A DNA stretch of 64,000 bases from an uncultured Eubacteriales bacterium (GTDB lineage: Bacteria > Bacillota > Clostridia > Oscillospirales > Acutalibacteraceae): assembly GCA_964481575.1 (NCBI GenBank), contig CAYZTR010000001.1, positions 46,724 to 110,723 on the forward strand, in the 5' to 3' direction. The notes beneath the pieces are model-generated. The model saw only the letters and a list, made by a program, of their open reading frames with translations. It searched no databases and was not told the origin of the DNA. A program made the translations under genes and the position numbers. Within the stretch, counting starts at the first letter, position 1. Each line of letters begins with the position of its first letter. Shown here piece by piece: positions 44,632 through 55,220 of this stretch.

Positions 44632-45726
44632 ATGGCAGAAAAGAACTGCAAACCTTGTAAGAAGACCACCTGCGGCGGTCAGGCCCTAATTGAGGGCATT
44701 ATGATGAAGGGGCCTGCCCGAACGGTGATTGCCGTACGGGAACCCAACCGGAATATCTGCGTGGAGGATCTGCCCGAAAAGCATCTGAAGGATAATCATA
44801 AATTTTTCGGTTTGCCACTGATCCGGGGCGCGGTGAATTTGATTGAATCCATGGTGGCTGGGTATAAAGCCCTGATGTTCTCGGCTGAGAAGTCGGGGAT
44901 GACCGACCTGGAGGAGGAAGAGGACCGGAAGAAGGCTGCGGAAAAGCGGGAAAAGAAGGCTGACCGGCTGGCCGCAAAAACCGGGCGCGATCGGGTGGAG
45001 GTTCTGACGGAGCTGGAAGAAAAAGACCGGATCAAAGCCGAAAAAGGCGATGGCGTCCTCATGAGCCTGATTATGGGTATTGCCTCAGTGCTGGGGGTTT
45101 GCTTGGCGCTGTTCCTGTTCATGTGGCTGCCCATGACCCTGTTTAATTTGCTGAACGGCGCTGTCCCGGCGGATCTTTCCAACTGGCGGGGTGTCTTTGA
45201 AGGCATTGTGAAAATTATTATATTCATCTGCTATGTGATGCTTTGTGCCCAGATGAAGGACATCAAGCGGGTATTTCAGTATCATGGCGCTGAACATAAA
45301 ACCATCTTCTGCTATGAAGCAGGGGAGGAGTTGACAGTGGAAAACGTCAAGAAGCAAAGCCGTTTTCATCCCCGCTGCGGTACCTCCTTCATGATTTTGA
45401 TGCTGTTGGTGTCCATTTTGTTTTATTCCCTGCTGATCCTGGTGCTGCCCAGCGCCTTTACCACCGCCATCCAGTCGGTTGCGTTGTATAAGATCATCTG
45501 GGTGGTGTTTAAACTGTTGATGTTGCCGATTATTTGCGGTCTGGGTTATGAGCTGATTCGTATTTGCGGTAGGCACGATAATCTGCTAACCCGCATCATT
45601 GCTGCCCCCGGCTTGTGGGTACAGCGGATTACCACCAGTGAGCCGGAGGACGATATGTGTGAAGTTGCCATTACCGCCCTGTCCGCCGTGATTCCTGAAA
45701 ACGGGACGGATGACGAGTGGAAATGA
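44632..45726 (+). CDS. DUF1385 family membrane protein
   Basis: GGQALIEGIMMKG and QYHGAEHKTI. It is paired with prmC, as in many Firmicutes. Confidence 0.8.
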   Translation: MAEKNCKPCKKTTCGGQALIEGIMMKGPARTVIAVREPNRNICVEDLPEKHLKDNHKFFGLPLIRGAVNLIESMVAGYKALMFSAEKSGMTDLEEEEDRKKAAEKREKKADRLAAKTGRDRVEVLTELEEKDRIKAEKGDGVLMSLIMGIASVLGVCLALFLFMWLPMTLFNLLNGAVPADLSNWRGVFEGIVKIIIFICYVMLCAQMKDIKRVFQYHGAEHKTIFCYEAGEELTVENVKKQSRFHPRCGTSFMILMLLVSILFYSLLILVLPSAFTTAIQSVALYKIIWVVFKLLMLPIICGLGYELIRICGRHDNLLTRIIAAPGLWVQRITTSEPEDDMCEVAITALSAVIPENGTDDEWK

Positions 45727-46571
45727 CAGTTGCCGCCTGGCGGCAGACCCTGGAGCAACGGCTGGCAGCCGCCGGGGTGGAGGAAACCGCCTTGGAAGCG
45801 GATATGCTGTTGGCTCAAGTGCTGGGGTGTACAGTGGCTCAACTACGGCTGCGGCGACAGCAGGAACTGACGGATTTTCAGGCCCGGCGCCTGGAGCGTA
45901 TGATCTGCCGTCGGGAGACCCGGGAGCCCCTACAGTATATTCTGGGACAGTGGGAATTTTTTGGCCTATCCTTTGCCGTTGGGCCGGGTGTTTTGATTCC
46001 CCGGCAGGATACGGAGGTGTTGGTGGAGGCTGCTTTGGAGTACCTGAAACAACATCCCCGGGCGGCTGTGCTGGATCTTTGCGCCGGCAGCGGCGCCATC
46101 GCCGTGGCTGTAGCCAAGCACGCCCCGGCTGTTAAGGTCACCGCCTTGGAAAAAAACGATCCGGCTTATTTTTATACTATCCAGAATATCGGACAGAACA
46201 AGGCGTATACTGTAGAAGCAGTGCGAGGAGATTTGTTCGACGGGCCGGGGGTGCATCGGTATGATCTGGTGCTCTCCAACCCGCCTTATATTCCAGCGGC
46301 AGAGGTGGAGACCCTTATGCCGGAGGTGCGCCGGGAGCCGGCAGCTGCCCTGGATGGCGGCCCGGACGGGCTGACCTTTTACCGGGCCATCTGTGATTTG
46401 TGGGTGCCGGCGGTGAATCCCGGCGGCGCTGTGATGGTGGAGGTGGGGATCGGACAGGCGCAGTCGGTGGCGGATTTGTTCCGGGATGCCGGTTTGCAGG
46501 ATGTTTCCATTCGGGCCGATTACGGCGGTGTGGATCGGGTCGTATCCGGATTTCTTACGTCAGATACATAG
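45717..46571 (+). CDS. prmC: Release-factor glutamine N5-methyltransferase
   Basis: [26 protein letters not shown] and NPPY (LSNPPYIP). The start is either GTG 45717 or ATG 45723. Confidence 0.9.
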   Translation: MEMTVAAWRQTLEQRLAAAGVEETALEADMLLAQVLGCTVAQLRLRRQQELTDFQARRLERMICRRETREPLQYILGQWEFFGLSFAVGPGVLIPRQDTEVLVEAALEYLKQHPRAAVLDLCAGSGAIAVAVAKHAPAVKVTALEKNDPAYFYTIQNIGQNKAYTVEAVRGDLFDGPGVHRYDLVLSNPPYIPAAEVETLMPEVRREPAAALDGGPDGLTFYRAICDLWVPAVNPGGAVMVEVGIGQAQSVADLFRDAGLQDVSIRADYGGVDRVVSGFLTSDT

Positions 46572-46588
46572 GAAAGGATGTTTTGATT

Positions 46589-47758
46589 ATGGCATTGGAC
46601 AACAAAAAAGCAAAAGCATTGGATACCGCGTTGGCGGATATTGAGAAGCGGTTCGGCCGTGGAACGGTGATGGTGTTGGGGCAGAATGCCACCATGCAGG
46701 TAGACCATATTTCCACCGGTTCCCTGTCCCTGGATCACGCACTGGGGATTGGCGGCGTTCCCCGGGGCCGGATTGTGGAGATCTACGGGCCGGAATCTTC
46801 CGGTAAAACCACCGTGGCTCTGCAGGTGATAGCCCAAGCGCAGAAGAAAGGCGGTACGGCTGCCTTTATCGACGTGGAGCATGCTCTGGATCCGGTGTAT
46901 GCCGCCAATCTGGGGGTGGATATTGACTCTTTGCTGGTATCCCAGCCGGATACCGGTGAGCAGGCGTTGGAGATTGCCGAGGCTCTGATGCGTTCCGGTG
47001 CCATTGACGTGCTGGTAGTAGACTCGGTGGCGGCCCTGGTTCCCAAGGCAGAAATTGAAGGGGAAATGGGGGATTCCCATGTGGGTGTCCATGCCCGGCT
47101 CATGTCCCAGGCTTTGCGGAAGTTGGCCGGCGCCATTTCGGCCTCTAATTGTGTAGCCATCTTTATTAACCAGCTGCGGGAAAAGATCGGCGTCATATAC
47201 GGCAACCCCGAAACCACCACCGGCGGACGGGCCCTGAAATTCTATGCCAGCGTCCGAATGGAAATTCGCCGTACCGAGACCCTGAAGGTTAACGGGGAAA
47301 TGATCGGCAACCATACCCGGGTCAAGGTGGTAAAGAATAAGGTAGCGCCCCCCTTCCGGGAGGCGGAGTTTGATATTATGTATGGTACCGGCATTTCCCA
47401 TGAAGGGGAAATTGTGGATCTGGGATTGAAAACCGGTGTCATGACCCGGTCGGGAGCCTGGTTCTATTACGGTGAGATGCGGGTCGCCCAGGGACGGGAT
47501 AACGCGAAGGTATTCCTGGCGGAAAATCCCGAATTGGCAGCAGAGATTGAGGCCAAGGTGATTGCTAAACTGAAGGAAATGAGTGCCATCCCCACGCCGG
47601 CTTCCCGGAAGGCGGCCAAGGATGCCGAACAGGCGGAGGCTCAGAAAGGGGCCGCCGACGCTGCACAGTCTGCCGCGGCTGCGGAAAAGCCCGCCAAAGC
47701 TGCCCCGAAGCCCAAGGCCAAAACGGATATTGACGTTTTGGTGGATGAGGATGAATGA
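46589..47758 (+). CDS. recA: Recombinase RecA (with extended Ala/Lys-rich C-terminal tail)
   Basis: [27 protein letters not shown] and [23 protein letters not shown] 46589 lies inside track ORF 46400..47758. Confidence 0.96.
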   Translation: MALDNKKAKALDTALADIEKRFGRGTVMVLGQNATMQVDHISTGSLSLDHALGIGGVPRGRIVEIYGPESSGKTTVALQVIAQAQKKGGTAAFIDVEHALDPVYAANLGVDIDSLLVSQPDTGEQALEIAEALMRSGAIDVLVVDSVAALVPKAEIEGEMGDSHVGVHARLMSQALRKLAGAISASNCVAIFINQLREKIGVIYGNPETTTGGRALKFYASVRMEIRRTETLKVNGEMIGNHTRVKVVKNKVAPPFREAEFDIMYGTGISHEGEIVDLGLKTGVMTRSGAWFYYGEMRVAQGRDNAKVFLAENPELAAEIEAKVIAKLKEMSAIPTPASRKAAKDAEQAEAQKGAADAAQSAAAAEKPAKAAPKPKAKTDIDVLVDEDE

Positions 47759-48432
47759 GAATTTTGGAATTGTCCCGCCGCCGGAAGCAGCTTTGCGCCC
47801 TGCGGCTGGATGCGGATCCTGAAACCCTGGAGGTGGGGGATGCTGTTCGGCGGGAGCGGCGGTTTGATGACCGGGGATATCTGCTGCTGGATTTGCAAAC
47901 CTGCCAGGAGGAAGGGCTCTGCGTAGGGAAAAGCCTGACGGAGGCCGGGCTGACCCGGCTTATTGCCCTGTCGGATTATAACCGAGCCAAAAGTAAGGCT
48001 CTGTGGCATTTGTCTTCTCGGAGCTTTGGCTGCCGGGAGCTGGCCCAAAAGTTGACGCCGGATTTCGGCGCCGAAACAGCCGGGTTGGTGGTGGAACGTC
48101 TGACCCAGCTGGGATTGCTGGATGATGAGGCTTACGCTGCCCAGCTGGCAGAAAAGTTTCTGGAGGGCAAGAAACTGGCCCCCCGGCAGGCTGTTTTTGA
48201 AATCACCCGTAAGGGGGTTGACCGGGATTTGGCCGAAGCGGCTGTTTATGGCCGGGAGCCTGACTCCAAAGCCCAGATTCTTTCCCTGCTGGAAACCAAG
48301 TACTGGACGGCCATAACCACCGAAAAGGGTGTTGCCCGGACGGTGGCGGCTCTGGCCCGAAAAGGATACAGCTACGGAGACATTCGTGCCGCTCTGAGTC
48401 AGGTGACGGATACCCTGTATTACGAAGAATAA
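47755..48432 (+). CDS. recX: RecA regulator RecX
   Basis: It immediately follows recA with an ATGA overlap. It has a three-repeat helical pattern (..[24 protein letters not shown].., [13 protein letters not shown].., [14 protein letters not shown]). Confidence 0.85.
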   Translation: MRILELSRRRKQLCALRLDADPETLEVGDAVRRERRFDDRGYLLLDLQTCQEEGLCVGKSLTEAGLTRLIALSDYNRAKSKALWHLSSRSFGCRELAQKLTPDFGAETAGLVVERLTQLGLLDDEAYAAQLAEKFLEGKKLAPRQAVFEITRKGVDRDLAEAAVYGREPDSKAQILSLLETKYWTAITTEKGVARTVAALARKGYSYGDIRAALSQVTDTLYYEE

Positions 48433-48488
48433 TTTTTTGGCCGGCGGGGCAATTCTCCGCCGGCATTGCCTTAGAGGATGGATGAGGT

Positions 48489-49853
48489 ATGACGAAAAAA
48501 ATAGGGATGATCTCTTTGGGCTGTCCCAAAAATCAGGTGGACGCCGAAGTCATGTTGCAAAAGCTGGCAGACGCCGGGTATGAGATTACGCCCCGGGAGG
48601 ATCAGGCCGATGCCCTGATTGTCAACACCTGCGGCTTTATTGAGGAGGCCAAAACCGAGGCCATTGAAGCCATTTTGGAGGCTGCGACCTATAAGCAGCC
48701 GGGTAACGGTGTATTGCGGGCCCTGATTGTTACCGGCTGTCTGGCCGAACGTTACCGGGATGAGATCACCGCCCAGATTCCCGAGGTGGATGTGGTAGTA
48801 GGTATCGGCAAAAATGCGGATATTGTTTCTATTGTAGGGGATGCTCTGTCCCAAAAGCAGTTTTCTGCCTACGATCTGCCGGAGGCAGTTCCTCTAAACG
48901 GGGGCCGGATTTTGACAACGCCGGAATATACCGCCTATTTGAAAATTGCCGATGGCTGTGACAACTGTTGTACCTACTGCGCCATTCCCATGATCCGGGG
49001 CCGGTTCCGGAGCCGAAGCATGGAGGACATTTTGGAAGAGGCCCGAACCCTGGCTCGCCGGGGCGTGAAAGAGCTGATTGTGGTGGCCCAGGATACCACA
49101 GCTTATGGGCTGGATCTGTATGGGGAATACAGGCTGGCGGCGCTGCTCCGGGCCTTGTGCAAGATGGAGGGGATCCGCTGGATCCGTACGCTGTACACCT
49201 ATCCGGAGCGGATTACCGACGATCTGTTGGATGCAGTGGCGTCTGAAGAAAAGCTGGTACCATATTTTGATATTCCCATCCAGCACTGCAATGGGGAGAT
49301 CCTCCGGCGGATGAACCGTCAGGGGGATGCCGTGAGTTTGAAAGCCCTGATGGCCAAAATCCGCCAAAAGGTGCCGGGGGTCACCCTTCGTACCACCCTG
49401 ATTACCGGGTTCCCTGGGGAAACTGAGACCCAGTTTGCTGAGTTGGCCGAGTTTGTGGGACAGGTGCGGTTTGACCGGTTGGGCTGCTTTGCCTATTCTG
49501 CCGAGGAAGGCACCATGGCTGCTGCGTTCCCGGATCAGATCGACCAGCAGGTGAAGCAGGACCGCATGGATCATATTATGAGTCAACAGCTGACGATTGC
49601 CACCGAATGTAACCAGGCCCGGATGGATACGGAGACGCTGGTGCTGGTGGAGGGATATGATAATTATATTCGCTGTTACTATGGCCGGAGTCAGGCGGAG
49701 GCCCCCGATATTGACGGCAAAATTTTCTTCATGGCTACCCATCCTCTGGAGATTGGTGCCTTTGTGCCGGTTCGCATTTTTGATACCATGGAATACGATC
49801 TGCTGGGAGAGTTGGTCGAGGAAGGGGGGGAGTCGGATGAATCTGCCCAATAA
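48489..49853 (+). CDS. rimO: Ribosomal protein S12 methylthiotransferase
   Basis: ISLGCPKNQVDAE, NTCGFI, the radical-SAM motif CDNCCTYCAIP and a C-terminal TRAM domain. Confidence 0.92.
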   Translation: MTKKIGMISLGCPKNQVDAEVMLQKLADAGYEITPREDQADALIVNTCGFIEEAKTEAIEAILEAATYKQPGNGVLRALIVTGCLAERYRDEITAQIPEVDVVVGIGKNADIVSIVGDALSQKQFSAYDLPEAVPLNGGRILTTPEYTAYLKIADGCDNCCTYCAIPMIRGRFRSRSMEDILEEARTLARRGVKELIVVAQDTTAYGLDLYGEYRLAALLRALCKMEGIRWIRTLYTYPERITDDLLDAVASEEKLVPYFDIPIQHCNGEILRRMNRQGDAVSLKALMAKIRQKVPGVTLRTTLITGFPGETETQFAELAEFVGQVRFDRLGCFAYSAEEGTMAAAFPDQIDQQVKQDRMDHIMSQQLTIATECNQARMDTETLVLVEGYDNYIRCYYGRSQAEAPDIDGKIFFMATHPLEIGAFVPVRIFDTMEYDLLGELVEEGGESDESAQ

Positions 49854-50418
49854 GCTGACTGTGGCCCGGATTATCATGGCCCCTCTGTTTCTGGTGGCTC
49901 TGCTGCTGGAATTTCCCGGGCATTTTTTTGTGGCTCTGGGCCTGTTCGCTCTGGCCAGTATCACCGACCTGCTGGACGGGAAGATTGCCCGGAAATACAA
50001 CCTGATTACTGATTTCGGCAAATTCCTGGATCCCCTAGCGGATAAAATGCTGACCACCGCCGCTCTGGTGGGGTTCATTCAAATTGACGCGGTGCGGCCT
50101 TACGGTATGGTCTGGATTACCTATTTGGTGCTGTTGCGGGAGTTTTTGATGGCTTCCCTGCGGCTGACTGCCGTTAGCAATGGCAAAGTGATTGCCGCCA
50201 ACCTTTGGGGGAAGGTGAAAACCGTCTGCCAGATGATCGGTATTTTGCTGACGATCCTTTGGCTGGGAATTGCAGATGTCTTCCAACAGTCGGCCTGGCT
50301 GTTGTGCAGTCTGAAGGCCCTGGCCATCGCTACCCTTTGGCTGTCAGCACTGTTTACTGTGATTTCCTGTGTGATTTATATCAAAGATAATTGGAAGTTT
50401 ATGAACCCGAATCTATGA
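49837..50418 (+). CDS. pgsA: CDP-diacylglycerol--glycerol-3-phosphate 3-phosphatidyltransferase
   Basis: PNKLTVARI and the CDP-alcohol motif DLLDGKIARKYN..GKFLDPLADK. ATG 49837 overlaps the 3' end of rimO. Confidence 0.9.
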   Translation: MNLPNKLTVARIIMAPLFLVALLLEFPGHFFVALGLFALASITDLLDGKIARKYNLITDFGKFLDPLADKMLTTAALVGFIQIDAVRPYGMVWITYLVLLREFLMASLRLTAVSNGKVIAANLWGKVKTVCQMIGILLTILWLGIADVFQQSAWLLCSLKALAIATLWLSALFTVISCVIYIKDNWKFMNPNL

Positions 50419-50454
50419 GCCCTAATTATTATGGGACATGATTCCAAAAGGCCG

Positions 50455-50492
50455 GGACGCCTTTCCGAAATAGGAATGGTGTCCTGTTTTTT
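50455..50492 (+). terminator. Intrinsic terminator after pgsA
   Basis: GGACGCC..GGTGTCC hairpin followed by TGTTTTTT. Confidence 0.65.
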
Positions 50493-50610
50493 CAATTGTG
50501 CGGGTAGGGCAGCGCCTGTTCCGTTTGGAAATGGGTTTGCCGTAGGGAAAAAAGTGTTTCCCTGCCAAAAGAATTCGGCGTTTCTATGAAAAAATCTATG
50601 ATTTTAGGGG

Positions 50611-50931
50611 TTTACAAATCAGATTCCATGGCATATAATAAGATGAAAACCAGAAAAGCGAGAATTCGGGAGAAGTAGCCGGGTTTGGATTTCGTCAGAG
50701 AGAGGGCGCCGTTGGCTGAAAGCGCTTTTGGGAAACCGCCGGGGAAATGCACCTGATAGCTTGCGGGGGGAAGGAACGGGAATTGCAGTGTCGGTTCCCC
50801 AGTATCCCCGCACGGCCGGCGCCGTTACCGCCTGAAGCAGGTTTGGCCTGCTCTTTGAGTGAGAAATCGGAGTGGAACCGTGGCTTTTGCCGCCTCCGTT
50901 GTCCCGGCCAGGGACAACGGAGGCTTTTTTT
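50611..50931 (+). promoter_or_regulatory. Promoter plus T-box leader (Cys specifier) of cysE-cysS
   Basis: Promoter TTTACA-17-TATAAT (50611..50639). Stem I elements are AGAGAG..GGCTGAAAGC. The specifier loop GAAA-TGC-A carries the TGC (Cys) codon at 50748..50750. The T-box sequence is AAATCGGAGTGGAACCGTGGC (about 50864..50884). The terminator is CCTCCGTTGTCCC..GGGACAACGGAGG followed by CTTTTTTT (50892..50931). Confidence 0.88.
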
Positions 50932-50988
50932 GTGGGAAGGTTTTATTATATTTGCGGGGAATATTCCCGCCAAAGGAGTCAGATACCT

Positions 50989-51639
50989 GTGTTTGAACGA
51001 TTGAAAGAGGATATTGCAACCGCCAGAGAGCGGGATCCTGCGGCCCGGTCGGCATTGGAGATCTTTTTACTATATCCCGGCTTGCGGGCGGTGCGTATGC
51101 ATCGTCGGGCCAATTGGTTTTACCGGCACAATCAGAAGTTTATTGCCCGGTGGATTTCCCAGCGGGCCGTACGCAAGACCGGCATTGAAATTCACCCGGC
51201 CGCCAAAATCGGCAGGCGGTTGTTCATTGACCATGGTGCCGGCGTGGTTATTGGAGAGACGGCTGAAGTAGGGGACGATGTTCTGATTTATCAGGGGGTG
51301 ACCTTGGGCGGTACCGGTAAGGATGTGGGAAAGCGTCATCCCACCATCGGCAATCACGTGATGATTTCCAGCGGTGCCAAAGTGCTGGGGCCCATCACCA
51401 TCGGGGATCATACCCGGGTGGCGGCTGGCGCTGTGGTATTGGATGATGTCCCCCCTGATTGTACCGTGGTGGGGGTGCCCGCCCGGGTGGTGAAGCAAAA
51501 TGGCATGCGGGTGCAGCCTCTGGATCAGACTCATGTGCCAGACCCTGTCAGTCAGGAACTTTGCCGTTTACGGCATGATATTAAAACATTGGAAGCCCGC
51601 CTTGCCGCTGCGGAAGGTCGGCCAAAGGAGGAAAAATAA
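50989..51639 (+). CDS. cysE: Serine O-acetyltransferase
   Basis: RDPAARSALEI and the hexapeptide core IHPAAKIGRRLFIDHGAGVVIGETAEVGDDVLIYQGVTLGGTG. GTG start 50989 follows AAAGGAG. Confidence 0.9.
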   Translation: MFERLKEDIATARERDPAARSALEIFLLYPGLRAVRMHRRANWFYRHNQKFIARWISQRAVRKTGIEIHPAAKIGRRLFIDHGAGVVIGETAEVGDDVLIYQGVTLGGTGKDVGKRHPTIGNHVMISSGAKVLGPITIGDHTRVAAGAVVLDDVPPDCTVVGVPARVVKQNGMRVQPLDQTHVPDPVSQELCRLRHDIKTLEARLAAAEGRPKEEK

Positions 51640-51641
51640 AG

Positions 51642-53021
51642 ATGAAGATTTACAATACCATGTCCCGCCAGAAGGAAGAACTGATCCCTATGACGCCCGG
51701 GGAGTTCAAGATTTATGCCTGCGGCCCCACCGTTTACAACTATATCCATATTGGAAACGCCCGGCCACTCTGCGTCTTTGACGTGTTTCGGCGGTATTTG
51801 GAATGGCGGGGGAATAAGGTGACCTTCGTTCAGAACTTTACTGACATTGACGATAAGCTCATAAAAAAAGCCAATGAGGAGGGGATCACCGTCCCCCAGG
51901 TGGCTGAACGGTACATAGCCGAGTTCTGGGTGGATGCGAAGGGGCTGAATGTCCGTCCGGCCACTGTCCACCCTCGGGCGACCGAAAATATTGACGCCAT
52001 TTTGGAGATGATAGACGCTCTGGTGGAAAAGGGATATGCGTATCAGGCGGACAATGGAGACGTGTATTTCCGGGCCAAAAAGTTTGACGGTTACGGCAAG
52101 CTGTCCCACCAGCCGCTGGAGGATTTGGAAGCCGGCGCCCGCATTGCCGTGGGGGAGGTCAAAGAGGATCCCATGGACTTCTGCCTGTGGAAGGCGGCCA
52201 AGCCCGGCGAGCCTTTCTGGCCTTCAAAATATGGCAAAGGCCGTCCCGGTTGGCATATTGAATGCTCTGCCATGAATAAGCGGTATCTGGGGGATACCAT
52301 CGACATTCACTGCGGTGGGGAGGATCTGAAGTTTCCCCACCATGAGAATGAAATTGCCCAGTCGGAGTGCGCCAACGGCTGCACCTTTGCCCGCTATTGG
52401 ATGCACAACGGCTTTATCAATGTGGATAACCGGAAAATGTCCAAGTCCCTGGGGAATTTCTTCACGGTGCGGGAAGTGGCGGACAAGTATGGATATGAGC
52501 CTATTCGTTATATTATGATTGCGTCCCAGTATCGAAGCCCCATCAACTACAGCCTGGATATTCTGGAGCAGTCCAAAAGCGCCCTGGAGCGGCTGTATAC
52601 CTGCCGGGAGAATCTGGTGTTTGCCATGGAGCATGCACCGGAGGGGGCGGGGGAATCTCTGTCGTACCTGGCAGTGCGGAAAGATGCATTCATTGCCGCC
52701 ATGGAGGACGATCTGAACACCGCCGATGCTCTGGCGGCCCTGTTCCAGTTGGCTAAGGATATCAATACCACCGAAGGGGCAGACAAGACCCAACTGGCGC
52801 AGGCTCTGGCGCTCTTTGATGAGCTGTGTGATGTGCTGGGGATTCTCTATCAAAAGCAGTCCACGGATTTGGACGGACAGGTGGAGGCTCTGATCCAGCA
52901 GCGGACTGAAGCCCGGAAAGCCAAAGACTTTGCCACTGCCGATGCCATCCGGGATCAATTAAAGAAAATGGGCATTGCTTTGGAGGACACTGCCAACGGG
53001 GTCAAATGGTCCAGAATCTAA
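51642..53021 (+). CDS. cysS: Cysteine--tRNA ligase
   Basis: CGPTVYNYIHIGNARP (HIGH motif), KMSKS and WHIECSAM. Confidence 0.96.
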   Translation: MKIYNTMSRQKEELIPMTPGEFKIYACGPTVYNYIHIGNARPLCVFDVFRRYLEWRGNKVTFVQNFTDIDDKLIKKANEEGITVPQVAERYIAEFWVDAKGLNVRPATVHPRATENIDAILEMIDALVEKGYAYQADNGDVYFRAKKFDGYGKLSHQPLEDLEAGARIAVGEVKEDPMDFCLWKAAKPGEPFWPSKYGKGRPGWHIECSAMNKRYLGDTIDIHCGGEDLKFPHHENEIAQSECANGCTFARYWMHNGFINVDNRKMSKSLGNFFTVREVADKYGYEPIRYIMIASQYRSPINYSLDILEQSKSALERLYTCRENLVFAMEHAPEGAGESLSYLAVRKDAFIAAMEDDLNTADALAALFQLAKDINTTEGADKTQLAQALALFDELCDVLGILYQKQSTDLDGQVEALIQQRTEARKAKDFATADAIRDQLKKMGIALEDTANGVKWSRI

Positions 53022-53045
53022 ACTTTCCAGAATCAAACCTATGGA

Positions 53046-53095
53046 ATATGGGCAGGAACAGCCGGCGTTGCGCCGAGCTCCTGCCCATATTTTTT
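53046..53095 (+). terminator. Intrinsic terminator after cysS
   Basis: ATATGGGCAGGA..TCCTGCCCATAT hairpin followed by TTTTT. Confidence 0.8.
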
Positions 53096-53136
53096 CACAA
53101 AAAAGTCAATAGAATTCGACGTTTTTATCTAAAAAA

Positions 53137-53165
53137 TTGACAAACTGTGGAAAATCGTTTAAAAT
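53137..53165 (+). promoter_or_regulatory. Putative promoter
   Basis: TTGACA-17 nt-TAAAAT. Confidence 0.55.
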
Positions 53166-53225
53166 AGGACGAGGAAGGATTACTCCGCCGCGGGCGGGAA
53201 ATGATTGGGATAGGAGTAAAGTAAA

Positions 53226-54149
53226 GTGAGTAAGGAATTAGCACGTGTGGAAGGAAAACGGTTTTACAATTACAAGCGCCGCTGGGGCGATCGTTACGAC
53301 GGCTGGCGGGTCCGGGGGCAAGACCCCTTTTTTACGGTGATTCCACATATTATGAACACTCGGTTGGATTCTCAGGTTTATTTTAAAACCAGCGTGGATA
53401 TTGCCCCTATTGATGCTTTTATCCGCAACACCCGGGAGGCCACCGAAATGAAGGATTTGACCCGGTTGATGGTGATCATTGCGGCGTTGATCCGGGTGTA
53501 TGCCAAATATCCGAAGCTGAATCGGTTTGTCCGCGGTAATCGAATTTATTCTCACAACAGTCTGCGGATTTCCATGGCGGTAAAAAAGAAAATGTCTCTG
53601 GACGGCACCGAAACGGTCATTAAGCCCAGCTTCACGCCGGATGCTACCGTTTATGAAGTTTGGGAGATTTTGCATCGGGAAATCCATGACAACAAGGGGG
53701 AGGATGACTCGTCCAACGGTCTGGATCGTCTGGTGAAGCTTCTAAATGCTGTGCCCGGTTGGGTGCTGAAAATCATCGTGGGAACGGTAAAGCTCCTGGA
53801 TGACCACGGGCTGAATCCCAAAGCGATTGAGCAGTTTAGCCCCTTCCATACCTCCTGTTTTGTTACCGATATCGGCTCGGTGGGCATTGATTCCATTTAT
53901 CATCATCTGTATAATTTCGGTACCTGTTCCGAATTTTTGGGCCTGGGCCGGAAGGTGAAAACTCCGGTAGTGGGGGACGATGGTCAGCTGCGCTATACGC
54001 ATATGATTGATTTAAAAATTGTCATTGACGAGCGAATTACGGACGGCTTTTACTATGCCCGTTCCTTGCGATACCTGGAACAGCTGCTGAAGCATCCCGA
54101 AAAGCTGTTGCTGCCGCCGGAGGAGCTGCTAGAGGATTCTCTGGATTAA
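53226..54149 (+). CDS. 2-oxoacid dehydrogenase acyltransferase (CAT-like) catalytic-domain protein, stand-alone
   Basis: The C-terminal DERITDGFYYARSL resembles the DHRxxDG catalytic motif of E2/CAT-fold acyltransferases. No lipoyl domain is present. GTG start at 53226. Confidence 0.6.
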   Translation: MSKELARVEGKRFYNYKRRWGDRYDGWRVRGQDPFFTVIPHIMNTRLDSQVYFKTSVDIAPIDAFIRNTREATEMKDLTRLMVIIAALIRVYAKYPKLNRFVRGNRIYSHNSLRISMAVKKKMSLDGTETVIKPSFTPDATVYEVWEILHREIHDNKGEDDSSNGLDRLVKLLNAVPGWVLKIIVGTVKLLDDHGLNPKAIEQFSPFHTSCFVTDIGSVGIDSIYHHLYNFGTCSEFLGLGRKVKTPVVGDDGQLRYTHMIDLKIVIDERITDGFYYARSLRYLEQLLKHPEKLLLPPEELLEDSLD

Positions 54150-54171
54150 ATGAGAACTCACCTGCTGGGCG

Positions 54172-54200
54172 TTGACATTTCTCCCCGGATTCGTTATAAT
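54172..54200 (+). promoter_or_regulatory. Consensus sigma-A promoter
   Basis: TTGACA-17 nt-TATAAT. Confidence 0.65.
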
Positions 54201-54228
54201 TTGTGAGAGAAAAAAAGGGGGGAACTGT

Positions 54229-54945
54229 GTGGCACGTTACCTGATTGCCGATTTTATTGTAGATCTGGCCTTTCGTTATTCATACTCCAGGAATTTGTGC
54301 GCCCGGTATCTCTATACAGGAGATCGGCCTACAGATCTGACCGTCCGGATTCCAGAGGCCACCTGGGCGGCGGCCATTGCCGGGCAGCCGGAGGAAAATT
54401 TTCCTTTTGTGGAAAATATTGAACTGTATCGGGCCCTCAGTGATGCGCTGTTTGCCCGGCACAGTATCGTGTTTCACGCCTCGGTGTTAGCCATGGAAGG
54501 CAAGGCCTATGCCTTTACTGCTGTCAGCGGGACCGGAAAGTCCACCCATGCCCGTATGTGGCGGGAGGCCTTTGGGAACCGGGTTACCATGGTGAATGAT
54601 GACAAGCCCATTTTTCGCATGACCGACAAGGGATTGCTGGCCTATGGCACCCCCTGGGACGGCAAGCATCATTTAAGCACCAACGCCGGATTTCCCCTGG
54701 CGGGAATCTGCATGCTGGAGCGTTCTTCCGATAACTGGATCCGCCGAGTTCGGCCCAGGGAGGCTCTGTTTTTCTTTTTGAATCAGACCGTTCGGCCTCG
54801 CGAAGAAGCCAAGATGGATATTTTACTGGATTTGCTGGAGGAAATGTTTCAGACGGTTCCCATTTATAAAATGGGGTGTAATATCAGTCTGGAAGCGGCC
54901 CATATGGCCTGTGCTGCCATGCAAGAAGGAGAGGTTACTGTATGA
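54229..54945 (+). CDS. HPr-kinase-related (HprK C-terminal-like) P-loop protein
   Basis: FHASVLAMEGKAYAFTAVSGTGKSTHARMW..MVNDDKP..GTPWDGK resembles HprK-related kinases found next to PqqD-like proteins. GTG start at 54229. Confidence 0.6.
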   Translation: MARYLIADFIVDLAFRYSYSRNLCARYLYTGDRPTDLTVRIPEATWAAAIAGQPEENFPFVENIELYRALSDALFARHSIVFHASVLAMEGKAYAFTAVSGTGKSTHARMWREAFGNRVTMVNDDKPIFRMTDKGLLAYGTPWDGKHHLSTNAGFPLAGICMLERSSDNWIRRVRPREALFFFLNQTVRPREEAKMDILLDLLEEMFQTVPIYKMGCNISLEAAHMACAAMQEGEVTV

Positions 54946-55205
54946 AAATTAAAGCTGGATATAAAATGCGTACCATTGACGGGGAGCATCTGGTGGTAGC
55001 CACCGGGGATGCTGCCGATCTGGGCGCCATGATTACCGTAAATGATACCGGAGCATTCCTTTGGAACCTGCTGACGGAGGACACCACCCGGGAAGCCCTG
55101 CTGGCAGCTTTGCTGGCGGAATATGAGGTGGATGAAGCCACCGCCGCCGTTGACCTGGATGCCTTTTTGGATGCTATCGCCCAAAAAGGAATATTGGATG
55201 CCTGA
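54942..55205 (+). CDS. PqqD-family protein (RiPP recognition element-like)
   Basis: 87 aa. ..GEHLVVATGD....MITVNDTGAFLWNLLTEDTTREALLAALLAEYEVDEATAAVDLDAFLDAIAQKGIL fits the PqqD pattern. The start overlaps the upstream stop (ATGA). Confidence 0.7.
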   Translation: MKIKAGYKMRTIDGEHLVVATGDAADLGAMITVNDTGAFLWNLLTEDTTREALLAALLAEYEVDEATAAVDLDAFLDAIAQKGILDA

Positions 55206-55220
55206 GGAGGAAGTGGGTTT

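Noticed and set aside
48440-48470. GCCGGCGG..CCGCCGGC hairpin after recX
   Set aside because: No U-tract follows it on either strand, so I cannot support a terminator call.
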